This document shows positions 12,169 through 23,900 of a stretch of DNA of 64,000 bases, one piece after another; position 1 is the stretch's first letter, and each line of letters starts with the position of its first letter. The position numbers were made by a program, and so were the translations under genes. Origin of the DNA: Vitrella brassicaformis CCMP3155 (taxonomy: Eukaryota; Protista; Chromerida); contig CDMY01000091.1 in the NCBI GenBank assembly GCA_001179505.1, positions 130,819 through 194,818 of the forward strand, given 5' to 3'. The notes below the pieces were generated by a model that saw nothing but the letters and a program-made list of their open reading frames with translations, was not told the origin of the DNA and did no database searches.

Positions 12169-13758
12169 GGTGGTGGAGTGGTGGAGTCGTTTGGATTGTC
12201 TGTCGTGTATTGTGAGAGGAGAATTCTTTGCTTGGTCTTGCCGCAGTGGCATTCAGGGGCCGCCTGCTGCATCATCCGCTGATGCAGCGCGTGAACTCTG
12301 AATGGTCACTTGCGGCGGCTGGCTGGCTGGCCTTCCGACGGGCGCATTGGTGACACACTCGGTCATTGCGTGAACGGCGGAAAGGTCAGTCAGGCGGCGA
12401 GACATGGGCTACAGGCAGACAGATGGAGGAGGGAGGGAGGGAGGGAGGAAGGGAGGCAGTGGCTGTAGTGTGGGTGTGTGAGGGTGGATAGTTGGACGCG
12501 GAAGGCGGAGGGTCGCCGCATGGAGTCGTGCTGCCAGTGTCCTTCCACGGGGCGCTTTGTCGCATCACTTGTTGTTGTGACGAGTGAACTTGGATGGGCA
12601 TCGTGGCGGCTGGCTGCCTGGCCTTTCGATGGGCGCTTGTGTGATATGCAACTATCGCCGAGTGAACTTGAGATGTGCCAGTCAGTCAGCTGGATGTTCA
12701 GGAGAGACACAGACGGTTATGGTAAGACAAAAAGACTGACACGACGTCGGATGACCTATTGTGATGACACCACACGCACGCATTCTAAGCCACTTGCAGG
12801 CAGCTGCTGCTGACTGGTACGAACACCAGTTGGCCATTCAGCCACCGAAAGATAGAGGGAGTCGATTTGACATGCCTGCTCTCCCCGTTCGTCAACTTGA
12901 CGCGTCTCTGCCAGCAAGAAGTCGTCTGGTCGATGAGATGTACTTCTACCTGTCTTCCCGCTTCCCCTCTCTTCGTTCCTGGATCCCAATTAATGATGGC
13001 AGCAACGTCTCTCTCTTGGCGTGTCTGCACCACCCTGCACCCAGAGGATGGTGCCATGGATGAATCTGACATGCCTCCTCACTCTTGTGCTTGAGAGAGT
13101 GTGTCGGTCAGAAAACTGCTGTTGCGTCATGATCAAGATTCAATCATTAAATGCGGCCACAAGTCCATGATTGGGTTCGCAAGAGAAGGTGACGTGCATC
13201 TATCGCTCAGATGACAAGACAACAAGGCAGTCATGTGTCACGACATATCGTAGCTATGGCAGAGAGCTCCAAAACACTACAGACAGACAGTCAGCACGCC
13301 AATGTCAAGTCTCCTTTCCTTCCGCTGTGTGAGTTTCTGTCTGTCTGTCTGTCTGTCTGTCTGCACACAGCTCGCTTGCCGTATATAACATGTCCATGTA
13401 CAAATACAAATACAAATACAAATACACACACCTACCTTCCCCCGCCCTCGCCCTCGCCTGTCGACTCTCCTGTGTGGTTGCTGTGCCCGTGTGTGTGTGT
13501 CCATACTGACGTTCTGGCTACGGGTGTGCTCTCGTGCGTGCGTGTGTGTGTGAGGGGGTGGGCGTACGTTGCCTTTAGTGTCTATCATGATGTCTTTTGG
13601 TTGTGTTTGGACAAAAATGATGATTGGAAAAGGACATAACAGAATAAGGCAGGAAAATATGTACACACGGACGACACAGAAGCCGTCAGTCCGTTCGTCT
13701 GTGTCGCCCTCCCCTCTGTCTCTCCTCCCTCTCCATCTGCTTGCTCGCCCATCTTCCC

Positions 13759-14700
13759 TCACTCGTTCTCGTCTGTGTTTTCGCCCTCCTCGTCCTCGCC
13801 GATCAGGCCCATGACGTCGACGGGCTTGTCCTTCTTGAAAGGTTTCTTCTCACCCGAGGGCGGGGGTGCGGAGGGAGCGCCGGGCATCAGGGTGATGCTG
13901 AAGTCGGGTGTGTCAGCCGTCACCGTGAGGCTCTTGATGCTCCAGCCGCCCTCGTTGGTCTCCTTGATGAGGTGCGCCACGCTCGCCGAGAGCTCAGCCT
14001 TCCAGCCGTCCTTGGTTTTCGTCGCCAGCACGGTGGCCGTGGTGGTAGTGGTGTCGATGGTGGTGCTGGTGTTGGTGTGCGGGAAGAGGCAGCCCTCCTT
14101 GAAGATGTCCAGCGCCACACCACCGTCGTCCAGCCACTGGAGGTTGCTGAGCACACACGCACGCACTCCCACATACGCCTCCATGCGTCGCCCCACCAAT
14201 GCATGCAGTTTTGCATTACCTGCCGAGCTCCATGTGACCGAAGGCGCACTTGACGTCCAGGCTGCCGGTGTCGGTGCCCGCCTTGGTCAGCAGTTCCTCG
14301 ACGTGCTTGAGGGCCAGCATGTTGTCGTGCATGCACACTTGGAGCTGCTCCTGTTTGTCGCCGAGTGCCAGCAGCAGCTCCTTGGGCTCACAGTTCACGT
14401 CAGCAATGAGTATGTCGCCAGCCTCGATGCCATCCTTGAGCGAGATGCTGCCCATCTGCACCACTTGCAGCGCATTGTGGATGTCGTGAGGAGGGCCAAA
14501 GGCCACCACACACAGGCTCTTGGAGCTGAGGGCAGCGTGGACGTAGCGCATGCCGCTGACGAATGTGCTGGTGTCCGCCGGCAGCAGTGACGGCTGCGTG
14601 AGTGGTGTGGCGCTCGCTGGGCTTGGCGGCTGCCGCAAAATGCGTCAAGCAGCTCCCGGAAGGAGGGCGAGGACGCGCGTTGCTGACTGACGCGTTCAGG
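13759..14700 (-). CDS. Hypothetical protein, at least two exons; 5' end unresolved
   Basis: Long coding-like ORF segments (STFVSGMRYVHAAL...KCAFGHMELG and NLQWLDDGGVALDIFKEG...GENTDENE*) are separated by a CA/GT-rich intron. No family recognised. Confidence 0.5.
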
Positions 14701-14892
14701 AACTCGCGGACAAAACGGGAGATCTGTGGCAGGATGCTTCGACGTATGTTGATGCTTCGTCCCCAATTCTCGACGGATAGATGTCGATCTGTCACTTTAT
14801 AGAGCACGATGCCGACTGATACAGGACGCATGTGTCAAGACGAGCTGAAAAGTGGATGATGTTGGTGATGTCGGTGCGGCAGTAGCGTAGCC

Positions 14893-17800
14893 ATGAGTGG
14901 GCGAGGGCGAGGGCGGGCCCGCGGGGGAGGCCAGAATGATGCCGCAGAGCCGCGGCGGTCCCGTCGCTTCACCAACCCCATCAAGAACACCCCAATCAAC
15001 ACCACCATCCGCTTCAGGCAGCTGCCGCAACACAAACTGGACGAACTGGAGCAGCTTGAGCAGGGCACCTCGCTGTCGACAGAGGAGGAGGAGGAATTCG
15101 AGGAGCTCAAGGCCCTGTGGGCCAAGGGGAGGTGGAGCTCCGCCGAAGGGAGTGATGGTTCGGCACCACACACACACACACACTCTCTCTCTCTCTGTGT
15201 GCATGTATCGGTGCGTGTCTGTTGCTTGGTCAGGGAAGGCGATTCTCGACATGAAAGGCTGCTAGAAAATCAAAGTGAGCACACCATCTCTCTCCTTTAG
15301 CTCTCTTCTATCATGTGTGTCATGCAGGCCGAGTATCGGTTCTGCATGAGGAATGAGTACCCACGCTGCGCCCTCCTCCTGCTGCGACGGCTCAAGTGAG
15401 CGCCCCTCTGCTTCTTCACCCACTCGCCACCGCACACACGACACACGAACACCTGTCGTTGTCTGCTCCCTGCGGTTGATGTTTTCAGCGAGCACCTTAT
15501 TATGAACACGCCCCTCCGGGTCTGCTCGACGAAAAGCGTAAGGCTGCTGCACAGGCTGCTGCACTGGAGCTACAAGAGGATGGCCTCCAGATCGACGATG
15601 CCGGCCCAGCATCGGCCATCGCCGACGTCATCGATGTCGATTCGCTGATCAACGACTGGCTATGTGAGGTGAATGTCTGGAAGGTGCCCAAGCCAGAGGG
15701 CGGGCAGCCGCGGGCGGAGGGGGCTGGCGATGTGGTCAAGAAGGAGCCGACAGAGGGAGAGGAACACGGGGAGAGGCTGCCTGGCGCTGAGGATGGCTAC
15801 GATGGGGCGAATGGAGAGGTAGGGGGGACACACAGGCAGGGTGCGTGGATCTGATGAGTGTCTGTTTATTGTGTGTGTGTAGTTGGGTGACTTGATGGGC
15901 GAAGATGCCGTGATGGAGGACAATGAGGAGGAGCAAGTAGCTGATGAGCTCATGGTGAGCGACGCAATGACAACAGAGACAACACACACATGAGGTTTGA
16001 AACTCCCTCGCTGTTCTCATCTCAGGCGGATGCGGATGGGTCTCCCGGCGAGCAAGGCCACGATGAGGACACTGACCAGCAAGTAAGATGGACAATGCAC
16101 CATGCGGATGTGTCAATATACCCACGTACTTCTATGTGTGTCAATATCAGGATGGCGCGTTTGTAGCTGATGACGGTCCTGCTGCTGCTGTGGACCGAGT
16201 GCCGCAGAACGGGGTACACACACAGGCAGGCACACAGATGGTTGAGCACCCACCGGACGGACATCCCTCTCTCCCTCTCCCTATATGTGCTCTAGTGTCA
16301 GGCTAGTGCTGCCGCTGCTGGCGAAGCGCCCGATTCGCCGGTAGATGTGGACATCGTGCCCACCGTTGCCAAGCAAGAGACCGACGCACACATGGTGACC
16401 CCCCATACATGAGTACAATATGTACCCCACAGACGCACATATGCCTCTCTGCGTGCGTGTCACCCATCAGCCACCTGCCGGTGAGGAGTCGACCGTCCAC
16501 GTGTTGGCCACGATGCGATCCGACCTCATCAGCCACCCCTCCAGGCACCCACACCTTCCGAGGGTCAAGACCGAGGCGGACGGCACCACCACACCCATCC
16601 CGTCTCTCGCAGAGTGCCACAGAATCGCCAAGGACATCTACCAGCAGCAGATGGCGGGCAAAGCGTTCAAGGCGCTTAAGTGGCGGGTGGCGCGTGAGAT
16701 ACAGAGGTGCCTGCTGAGCGCCGAGAAGTACGGCTTTCACGCTTGGCGTTGGGCGAGGTGGTGCGAGCGGGCGGTGCCTGGCTCTGGGGAGGTGCCGGAC
16801 TGGTGCCAGCTGGATGTGTTTCGCCAGGTGGGTGGGTGTCCCTCTCACACACACAGACACATTAATGCTGCAATCCTTGTGTGTGTGTGTATGTGTGTGT
16901 GGTGTGTGCAGGTTGAGGTGCGGCTCCCGGGCGGTGACACTGAGGTGTGGCAGATGAACGGGGCGGAGCGGGTGTACATGCACAGCCAGGGAGGCGTGGA
17001 GGAGCTCATCGACATCACAACCACACAGGACCAAGTGAGACCACACACCGCTCCGCTCCGTGCACCATCTGTGTCATGGGTGGGGTGTTGTGTGTATTGC
17101 TCAGGCCGACGCGCCAGTGCACATCAAAGAAGAGCCTCACAACGAGGGCGAAGAGGATGAGCACAACGACGCCCTTGACGAGGGCGAGAATGACGTACGT
17201 CAGAGTGGCAGAGTGGCTGTGTGCATCTCTCTCATTGTCTTGTGAATGTGTGTGCGCAGGGTGGCGCGGGTAGTGATCAAGTGCCCGACAATACGCCCCC
17301 TCCTCCAGACACCATGCCACCTGCCGACCAAGGTAAGCCGCACATACGCCCCACCGCAGAAGCACAGAAACATGCATCTGTCTGTCTGTCTGTCTGCGTG
17401 CGTGTGTGTGGGTCTTTCAGGTGCCCCTGCCTCCCCTGTGCGCCGCCCAGCTGCCCCTCGTCCGGTGATCAAGCTCATCACCATGGAGGAGTGGCAGACG
17501 ACGCACCGCCAGGCCATCTACAAGACGTTCGTCGACTTCTGTCGCTCCAAAGGTGAGTGACGGCAGCAGATACACACGAGCATGTGCTTATCTATGGCCG
17601 GCCGTGTGTGTATGTCCAGTGTCATCGTCGAGCAACGCCCAGGGCGCCTACAAGGTGGCCAAGTACAATGACCCCGGCATCTGGCGCATCGAGCCACGAG
17701 AGCTCAGGCCTGGAATGGCCCACCCACACGTTATCAAGGTCACCTTCGCACTCAACGAGACCGCGACCATCTCCACCGACTGGCTGAAGAAGCGCGCTGC

Positions 17801-20205
17801 CGAGCCGAGCTTCGAGCGGCTCTTCCGCACGTCCTTTGATCGATGGTTCCGTCTCCACAAGGCGGTCATACTGCGTCAGTTGGGCGAGAACCTGCTCCCG
17901 CAGATGCCGCGTGACTCGCAGCTGACCCGCAATGTGCCTCAGAGGGCGAGGGATGGTCTGCAGGAGGCCCCTGCTGCTGCCACGGCTGCTGCTCGTGTTG
18001 ATGCGCCTGAACTTGGTCATGGCGAGGCGACGGGGACCGCCGAGAGGATCCGAAAGCGCAAAGAACGACGACGGATGGAGGTCAGAGCACGACACTTATG
18101 CAGGGGTCGGTGGGTGGGTGGATCTCTCTGTGTGTGTGTGTGGGTGGGTCCATGTGTCATGCTCAGAAGGAGCGTGCCAGCGCTGCTGGACGTGGTGTGG
18201 CGCCCCTGATTGCGGTGAAGACGGAGCCAGGAGTAGAGCAGGCAGCACCGGTAAGAAAGGCGCACACCTGTCTGTGCAGTGATTGCACCCATCGCTCTGT
18301 GTGCATTCAGGCGGTCTTCAGGCCAGTGCCGATCAAGCAGGAGCCGACAGATGAGCCGACGGACCCACAGCCGCCATTTATGCCGCGCGATAGCGATGTC
18401 ATGCCGCTTGCAGGTGACGCCAACACACACACACACACACATCCGTGGCATCATCTCGTTTGCCCATTCTGTCTCGTGATCCACTCAGCGGTTGACAACG
18501 GCGTCCCCCCACTACCCCCGCCAGCAGCACCAGCAGCAGCCAAGCGCCCGCGCCCGGGGCAAGGAGAAGGAGACCTGGCGCGTGGCGTGTCGCTGCTCAA
18601 GAAGAGGAAGAAACGCAAGACGGCCAAGAAGAAGGGCGCCGACACTTCGGCCAACGAGGTGGCGCCGCGACACGACGACGGCGAGGACGAGGGCGAGGAA
18701 GAGGACATTGACGCCATGTGGGAAGAGGCGAAGAAGGACGACAGTGCGCCGATCCCGCACCCTCCTCTGTCGCATCACCCCTACTTTGCCATGGCGCCGT
18801 ACGGACAGCCGCCACCGCCCCCCTACCCCGGCCCTCTGCACGCGCACGACATCGCTGGCTTCTACTCGCATAACGGCTGGACGCCGCCCTCCATGGCCAT
18901 GCCGCCGCACATGCCGCATACCGTCGAGCCGCCGCCCCCCGCAGAGCTGGGCGACGGACACATGGACCACAGCAGTCTCTTCGACCAGGAGATGAACGAG
19001 AGCAGTGCGTCAGCATCGGTGGCTGGCGCTGCCGCTTCTCGGATGTGGCAGGGAGGGTCGGAGGCTGCCAAGGGCGGTGGTGTTGATGCGGCCATGGTGG
19101 TCCAGTCAGTGGGCGAGAAGAAGGACTCGTCGGTTGATGAGGCCAAGATGGAGGAGGGGGAGGTCACCTTAGCCCCCCCGCAACAGCAGGCCGCCGACAG
19201 TGTCACGCTTCGCGTCACGGCTGAGGCCAGCAGCGATATGTGGAGCGACTTCCCGCCATTCTGCTGGAACAACCTCGTCGGCGAAAACGGGGTACTCGGC
19301 CATATCGAGCGCTCGGAGAACTTCCATCCTGTCGACGAGAGCATCGTCACAACCGTCACGCCCCCAAGCCGGCAAGACGGGAGATTACGGTGAGGGGATG
19401 GACGGTGTCGGGGAGGGCAGATGGATGGAGATGTGCGTGTCTGTGTGTCTGTCTGCGTGGATGCATCCAGGTGACGATGAAAGGGGCGGTCAACAAGGTC
19501 GCACACGAGGCCATCAACCTCTTTGGCGCTTTCCGGGCCGGCGTCAACAACGAAGACCACCCCGCCCTCAAGGCTGGGAACACTGCAGACATGGCAAAGA
19601 CGAGACACAAGAACATGAAAAAAGAGGGAGGGCGCGTCATGCTTGACACCACCTTCCAACAGCTGAGCCGCGTGCAACTGCAGCTTGAGGGGAATGCCGG
19701 TGCGAAGCTGGGCGGCAACGGCTATGGCAGGCAGTACGTGGACACGGCTGGTCGCGCTATCGGCAATTACGCAGAGGCCACGTCTGGCGGCCAATCGACC
19801 TTCTCATGGCTCCCGCAGGGCAGCCCTCTCTATGTCAAACTCCCGGCGGACCATCTTCCCGACTTCAATCCCTCTGAGCTGATCGGCGATGGCTTCGACG
19901 GCCTCCCGTGTGTCGTGCGGTACTACACTTTCGGCCACCGCGAGTGCCAGCGTGTGCTCCGTGCGGCCAAGCACATGGGCAGCGGCCGCATCGAGGTCCG
20001 TTATGGCCTGTCGAACCCCGCGGTAGAAGGCAATGTCTGCTCCACGCTGTTCGTGCGCGTGAGGGGGCGGGATCTGCTGGCGTTTCTGCGGGAGACCTAT
20101 GCGACAGTGAATGGGGAGGGGGGTGGGAGTGGTGTTGTCAATGTTGAGATCGCTAAGGCCCACAACTGGCCAGTCCAATCCCACAGGCGGTGGGGCCAGC
20201 GTTAG
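14893..20205 (+). CDS. Large multi-exon, low-complexity, probably nuclear protein of unknown function
   Basis: About 14 coding-like exons with GT-AG boundaries. Features: N-terminal RG-rich stretch (MSGRGRGRARGGG), acidic tracts, NLS-like KKRKKRKTAKKK, repeated (V/I)KxE motifs, a Pro/His-rich segment, and a globular C-terminal ~280 aa ending HRRWGQR*. Confidence 0.7.
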
Positions 20206-20995
20206 TGAGGGTGAGCGAGTCGTTAGCTGGCTGTGCCTCAATAGCGGGCAGGCAGATGGACAGTGAATGGGGATGAATGGCACTTTTTCGGATAACGTGG
20301 GTGGCTGCGATCGGTCAGCACACTCGCAAATTCAAGACCTATTGCATGTACCAGATGTCCGCGTGAATGCCTTCGTGTGTTTTGGCTCTCGTAGAGTGGC
20401 CCTCTATCACGCACTAGTCATGTATGCACGAGACACACACGCGAGACACACAAATGCATCACGCGATGGACATGCACATGATGACGAGACCGCACTTGCG
20501 ATTATTTGATCGTAAACTACCACACACCGCCAAATGCAGTGATTGATTCGTCATTCGTCCACTCAAGGCCTATCTGTTTGTACTAAGCAACCACCGACAC
20601 ATAATAATCACACAAATCGAAACTACACGGCACCGCATACTTGTGACTCTCTCTGTCCTCTACCAGCCAGGCACTCGCCTCTCACAAATGTGTGTATGCG
20701 CCCAAGTAAGGCTTTCAGATGACCGAGCCAGCCACAGAAAGCGGCGCATTTGCACACCCACTACAAAGTACACCCGATCGATATCGATCCGATTGTGCGC
20801 GCAGCCACCAGGCACACATGGACGTGTTGATTACACGTCGTGTCTGCCTTGTGTTCGTCCGCTCACAGCAGATCGAGTGTATTGATTGCCTTCGGACGAC
20901 GCACGAATGACGGACGGCCCGACACAAAAATACCCACGGCGACTCCACATATAGTACACACACACGATAACTGCGACGTCTCCGGCAAAAAAACA

Positions 20996-23900
20996 TCATC
21001 CAGCATCAGTGTTGGTCTCCATGGCCGCCACGGCATCATAGACGGCCTCAGCCGACACCGACAGCGCCACGCTGTCCTTCTCGTCACTGCTCAGCCGATG
21101 CCAATCGACACGCATGAGATGGCTGGGGGGCGTCAGGGCGGCGGGGTTGGCGTCGCTTCGCCGCGATTTGGTGGAGCTGACGGGCGACGACCCACCACTT
21201 ATGGGCACCTCATCTGTTGCATGGCCACATGGGGTCTCGATCACTGTGGGCGCCAGACTCGCGAGAGCCTCCGGGATGGCTTCCTGCGTGCAGCAGAACG
21301 ACAGCACAGATAAGAATAGCATTCTCATAGGCACACATGGCCGTGAATGTATCTCTGTCTTTGTCTGACCAGCGGGCTGCCTTTCTCGATGAGTCTTCGT
21401 TTGGCCTTGCGGAAGGCCTCATAGAGCCCCCGCCACCCGCCGCCGCTGTGCTGCTGGTGGTGGTCTGTCGATGCCTCGGTTTCGGCCTTCTCGAGGTCAC
21501 TGTCTCGCGCCGTCCGCTTGAGGGCCGCCTGGTGCATCTGCTCTCTGCTGACGAGCTCGTCCACCACATAGCACAAGTTGGCCTGGAGGTCGTGCAATGT
21601 GATGCCCTCAGACACCTCAACGCTGACATAGTACCCAGGCAGGCAAACAGGACATGGGAGATCGGTCTCAATGCCCGTTGGCGAACCTGTCTGCCGGCTG
21701 TGTTTGGATGACCGACACGCCACTTGGTCCATCACCGGATAACTTGCCGGCCTCCAATCGAGTCGACACTGCACGAACCACCGCGACACGGCAGCATGAA
21801 GCGGTATGTCAAGTATGCGTCGATATCGGGCAAGCGAGCTGACCTTCGCTAGAGCACTGAATATGTAAGACCTTAGAGAGGTCGGCAGTCCGCATGTCCC
21901 GCAATTTCTGCCCAACCGAGCAAACACACATGCAGCCACGGACGTCCTGATTCGATCCTCCCTTGTTGTCTTGCTCACGATGGCGGTGCTGTCGTCGGGT
22001 TTTGGCAAATAGACAACCACGTCGCCCTTTCGACGGCCGTGCATCTCCACTCGCTGTTGCCGCAGGCTCTGCACCAAGAATGCATGGCTCCACAGAAACT
22101 CATGGCTGGACAAACCACCAGACACGCATACACACAGACAGGAGAAGGCATCGACGAGCATCTCGTCAATGGCGTGTATGTGCTTACAAGTCGCTGGGGA
22201 CGTGAGTCAGTTCGAGTCTCTCGATAGCATCCTGCATGGCGGCTGACGTCAGCTGTATGGCCGCCACCACACGATACACCGGACGGCCGACACACGGACG
22301 GCACCGCCCTGTTACAGCAGAGGGGTCGCCGATGGAGAGGGTCGCGCTGGACCAGTCATAAATGACCTTCGGTGAGACTCGCCGCCTGTTCTCCTCCCTA
22401 TGGATCAGCCACGATAGCAAAGGGCCCGTCACACAACCCGACATCATACGAGCTGAATAGACGACATGAGTGAAACATGCAGATGGGAGAGAGAAGTACA
22501 TGTGCTATTTATGCCCACCGAAAGCGTTTTTGCGGTCTGTGAGGGTCGCGTATCTGTAGCCCACTTGCAGCAAGCCATACCGACATATCTGCGCCACCAG
22601 GGTGCCATAGTGCATCAGATTGGCCACAATGACAACCACCACGAGGCCGATCGTCAGCTCCAGAGAGGTCCCCTCAGACAGCATAACAAACTGCAATATG
22701 AGTAGCGACATGAGCCACACCAGTAACCCACGCAGCTCAGACAAATTGAGAATGTCCATGCTGCCTCGGTCGAATGGCCACACGGCGAGCTGCAGCACCA
22801 GACACACAGCGGCGACGACCGTCCAGCCCAGCAGCTGTTGGCGGGGCTGAGCCGTTAACTGCTGTGCGATGAGCAGCACCAATACACGTCTCATGGCCAG
22901 CAGAAAATCCCAATAGTAGAAGCTTTTGCGATACCCAGCATACAGAAAGCCAACCCTTCTACGCATGTGATAGTCCTGCAGGCCCTCTCTGTGCCGCGAC
23001 AGAAACGCCACGCCACACACCACAGGCGCTAGTGTCCACAGCAGTAGACCAGTACGGCAATCCACATGAATGGGCCGTGCTCGGGTGACCCGCAGAGGAC
23101 ATGTGAGTCCAGGTCCATCCTGGGACGCATGTCATCCATCGGGTCAACCGGCAGCAGGCTGACGCTCTCGCCTGAGGCGATAGGGATGACATTGTCCACA
23201 TAAGGGTAAGGCCGACAGCGCAGAAGGGCTAGCATGTTCTTGGTGACGGTGGGATGGATGAAGGTGAGGATGATGACCATCATTGTGCCACGGTTCTCGA
23301 GCCATTGCCGCGATCGGCCGCTTTTGCGGGGCTCCGCTAACGAATGCTGGCAGCATGGCGGCGTCACTGGCTCGCTTCGTGAGTCCTCTCGGAAGATGAC
23401 CGATCGCTGACGAGGGCCGTGTGTAGCTGTGTCTGCCTTGCCATTGGTCACGGATGGGGGCGCTGAGGTCGACTCGTCGGTGCCGCTGCGCCACGTTGAC
23501 TTGAAGGCATTCCGCGCTTTGGCAAGCCCACTCGCTGCGACCACGACACGAGCCAGAAATCACCACAAATCGTCGACCTGTAGAATGTGTGTGTGGGCTT
23601 ACCAATGAGGGGCACAGCAGTGAGCCAGATGAGTGGCAAATATCTGGTAGCTTTGTGCAAGCCCTCCATCCCAGGCAAAGACGCTGCCGATCAGTGAGGA
23701 TATCTGATCACCCCAGAGGGAGTTGTCGAACACGAGGAAGGCCAAACCACACACCTACACACACACACGATCACACACACACGATAACAACGTAAAGGCG
23801 ATGGAAGATGAGTGCATGTCTCTCTCTGCCTTTCCTCGTACAGCGGTGATGTGTGAGAGTCCGATTTTGGTCAGTTGGGACGGCACCTCGGCGCGCGGTG

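Noticed and set aside
20775-20790. Perfect palindrome gatcgatatcgatc
   Set aside because: Single short occurrence, plausibly chance; no associated structure.
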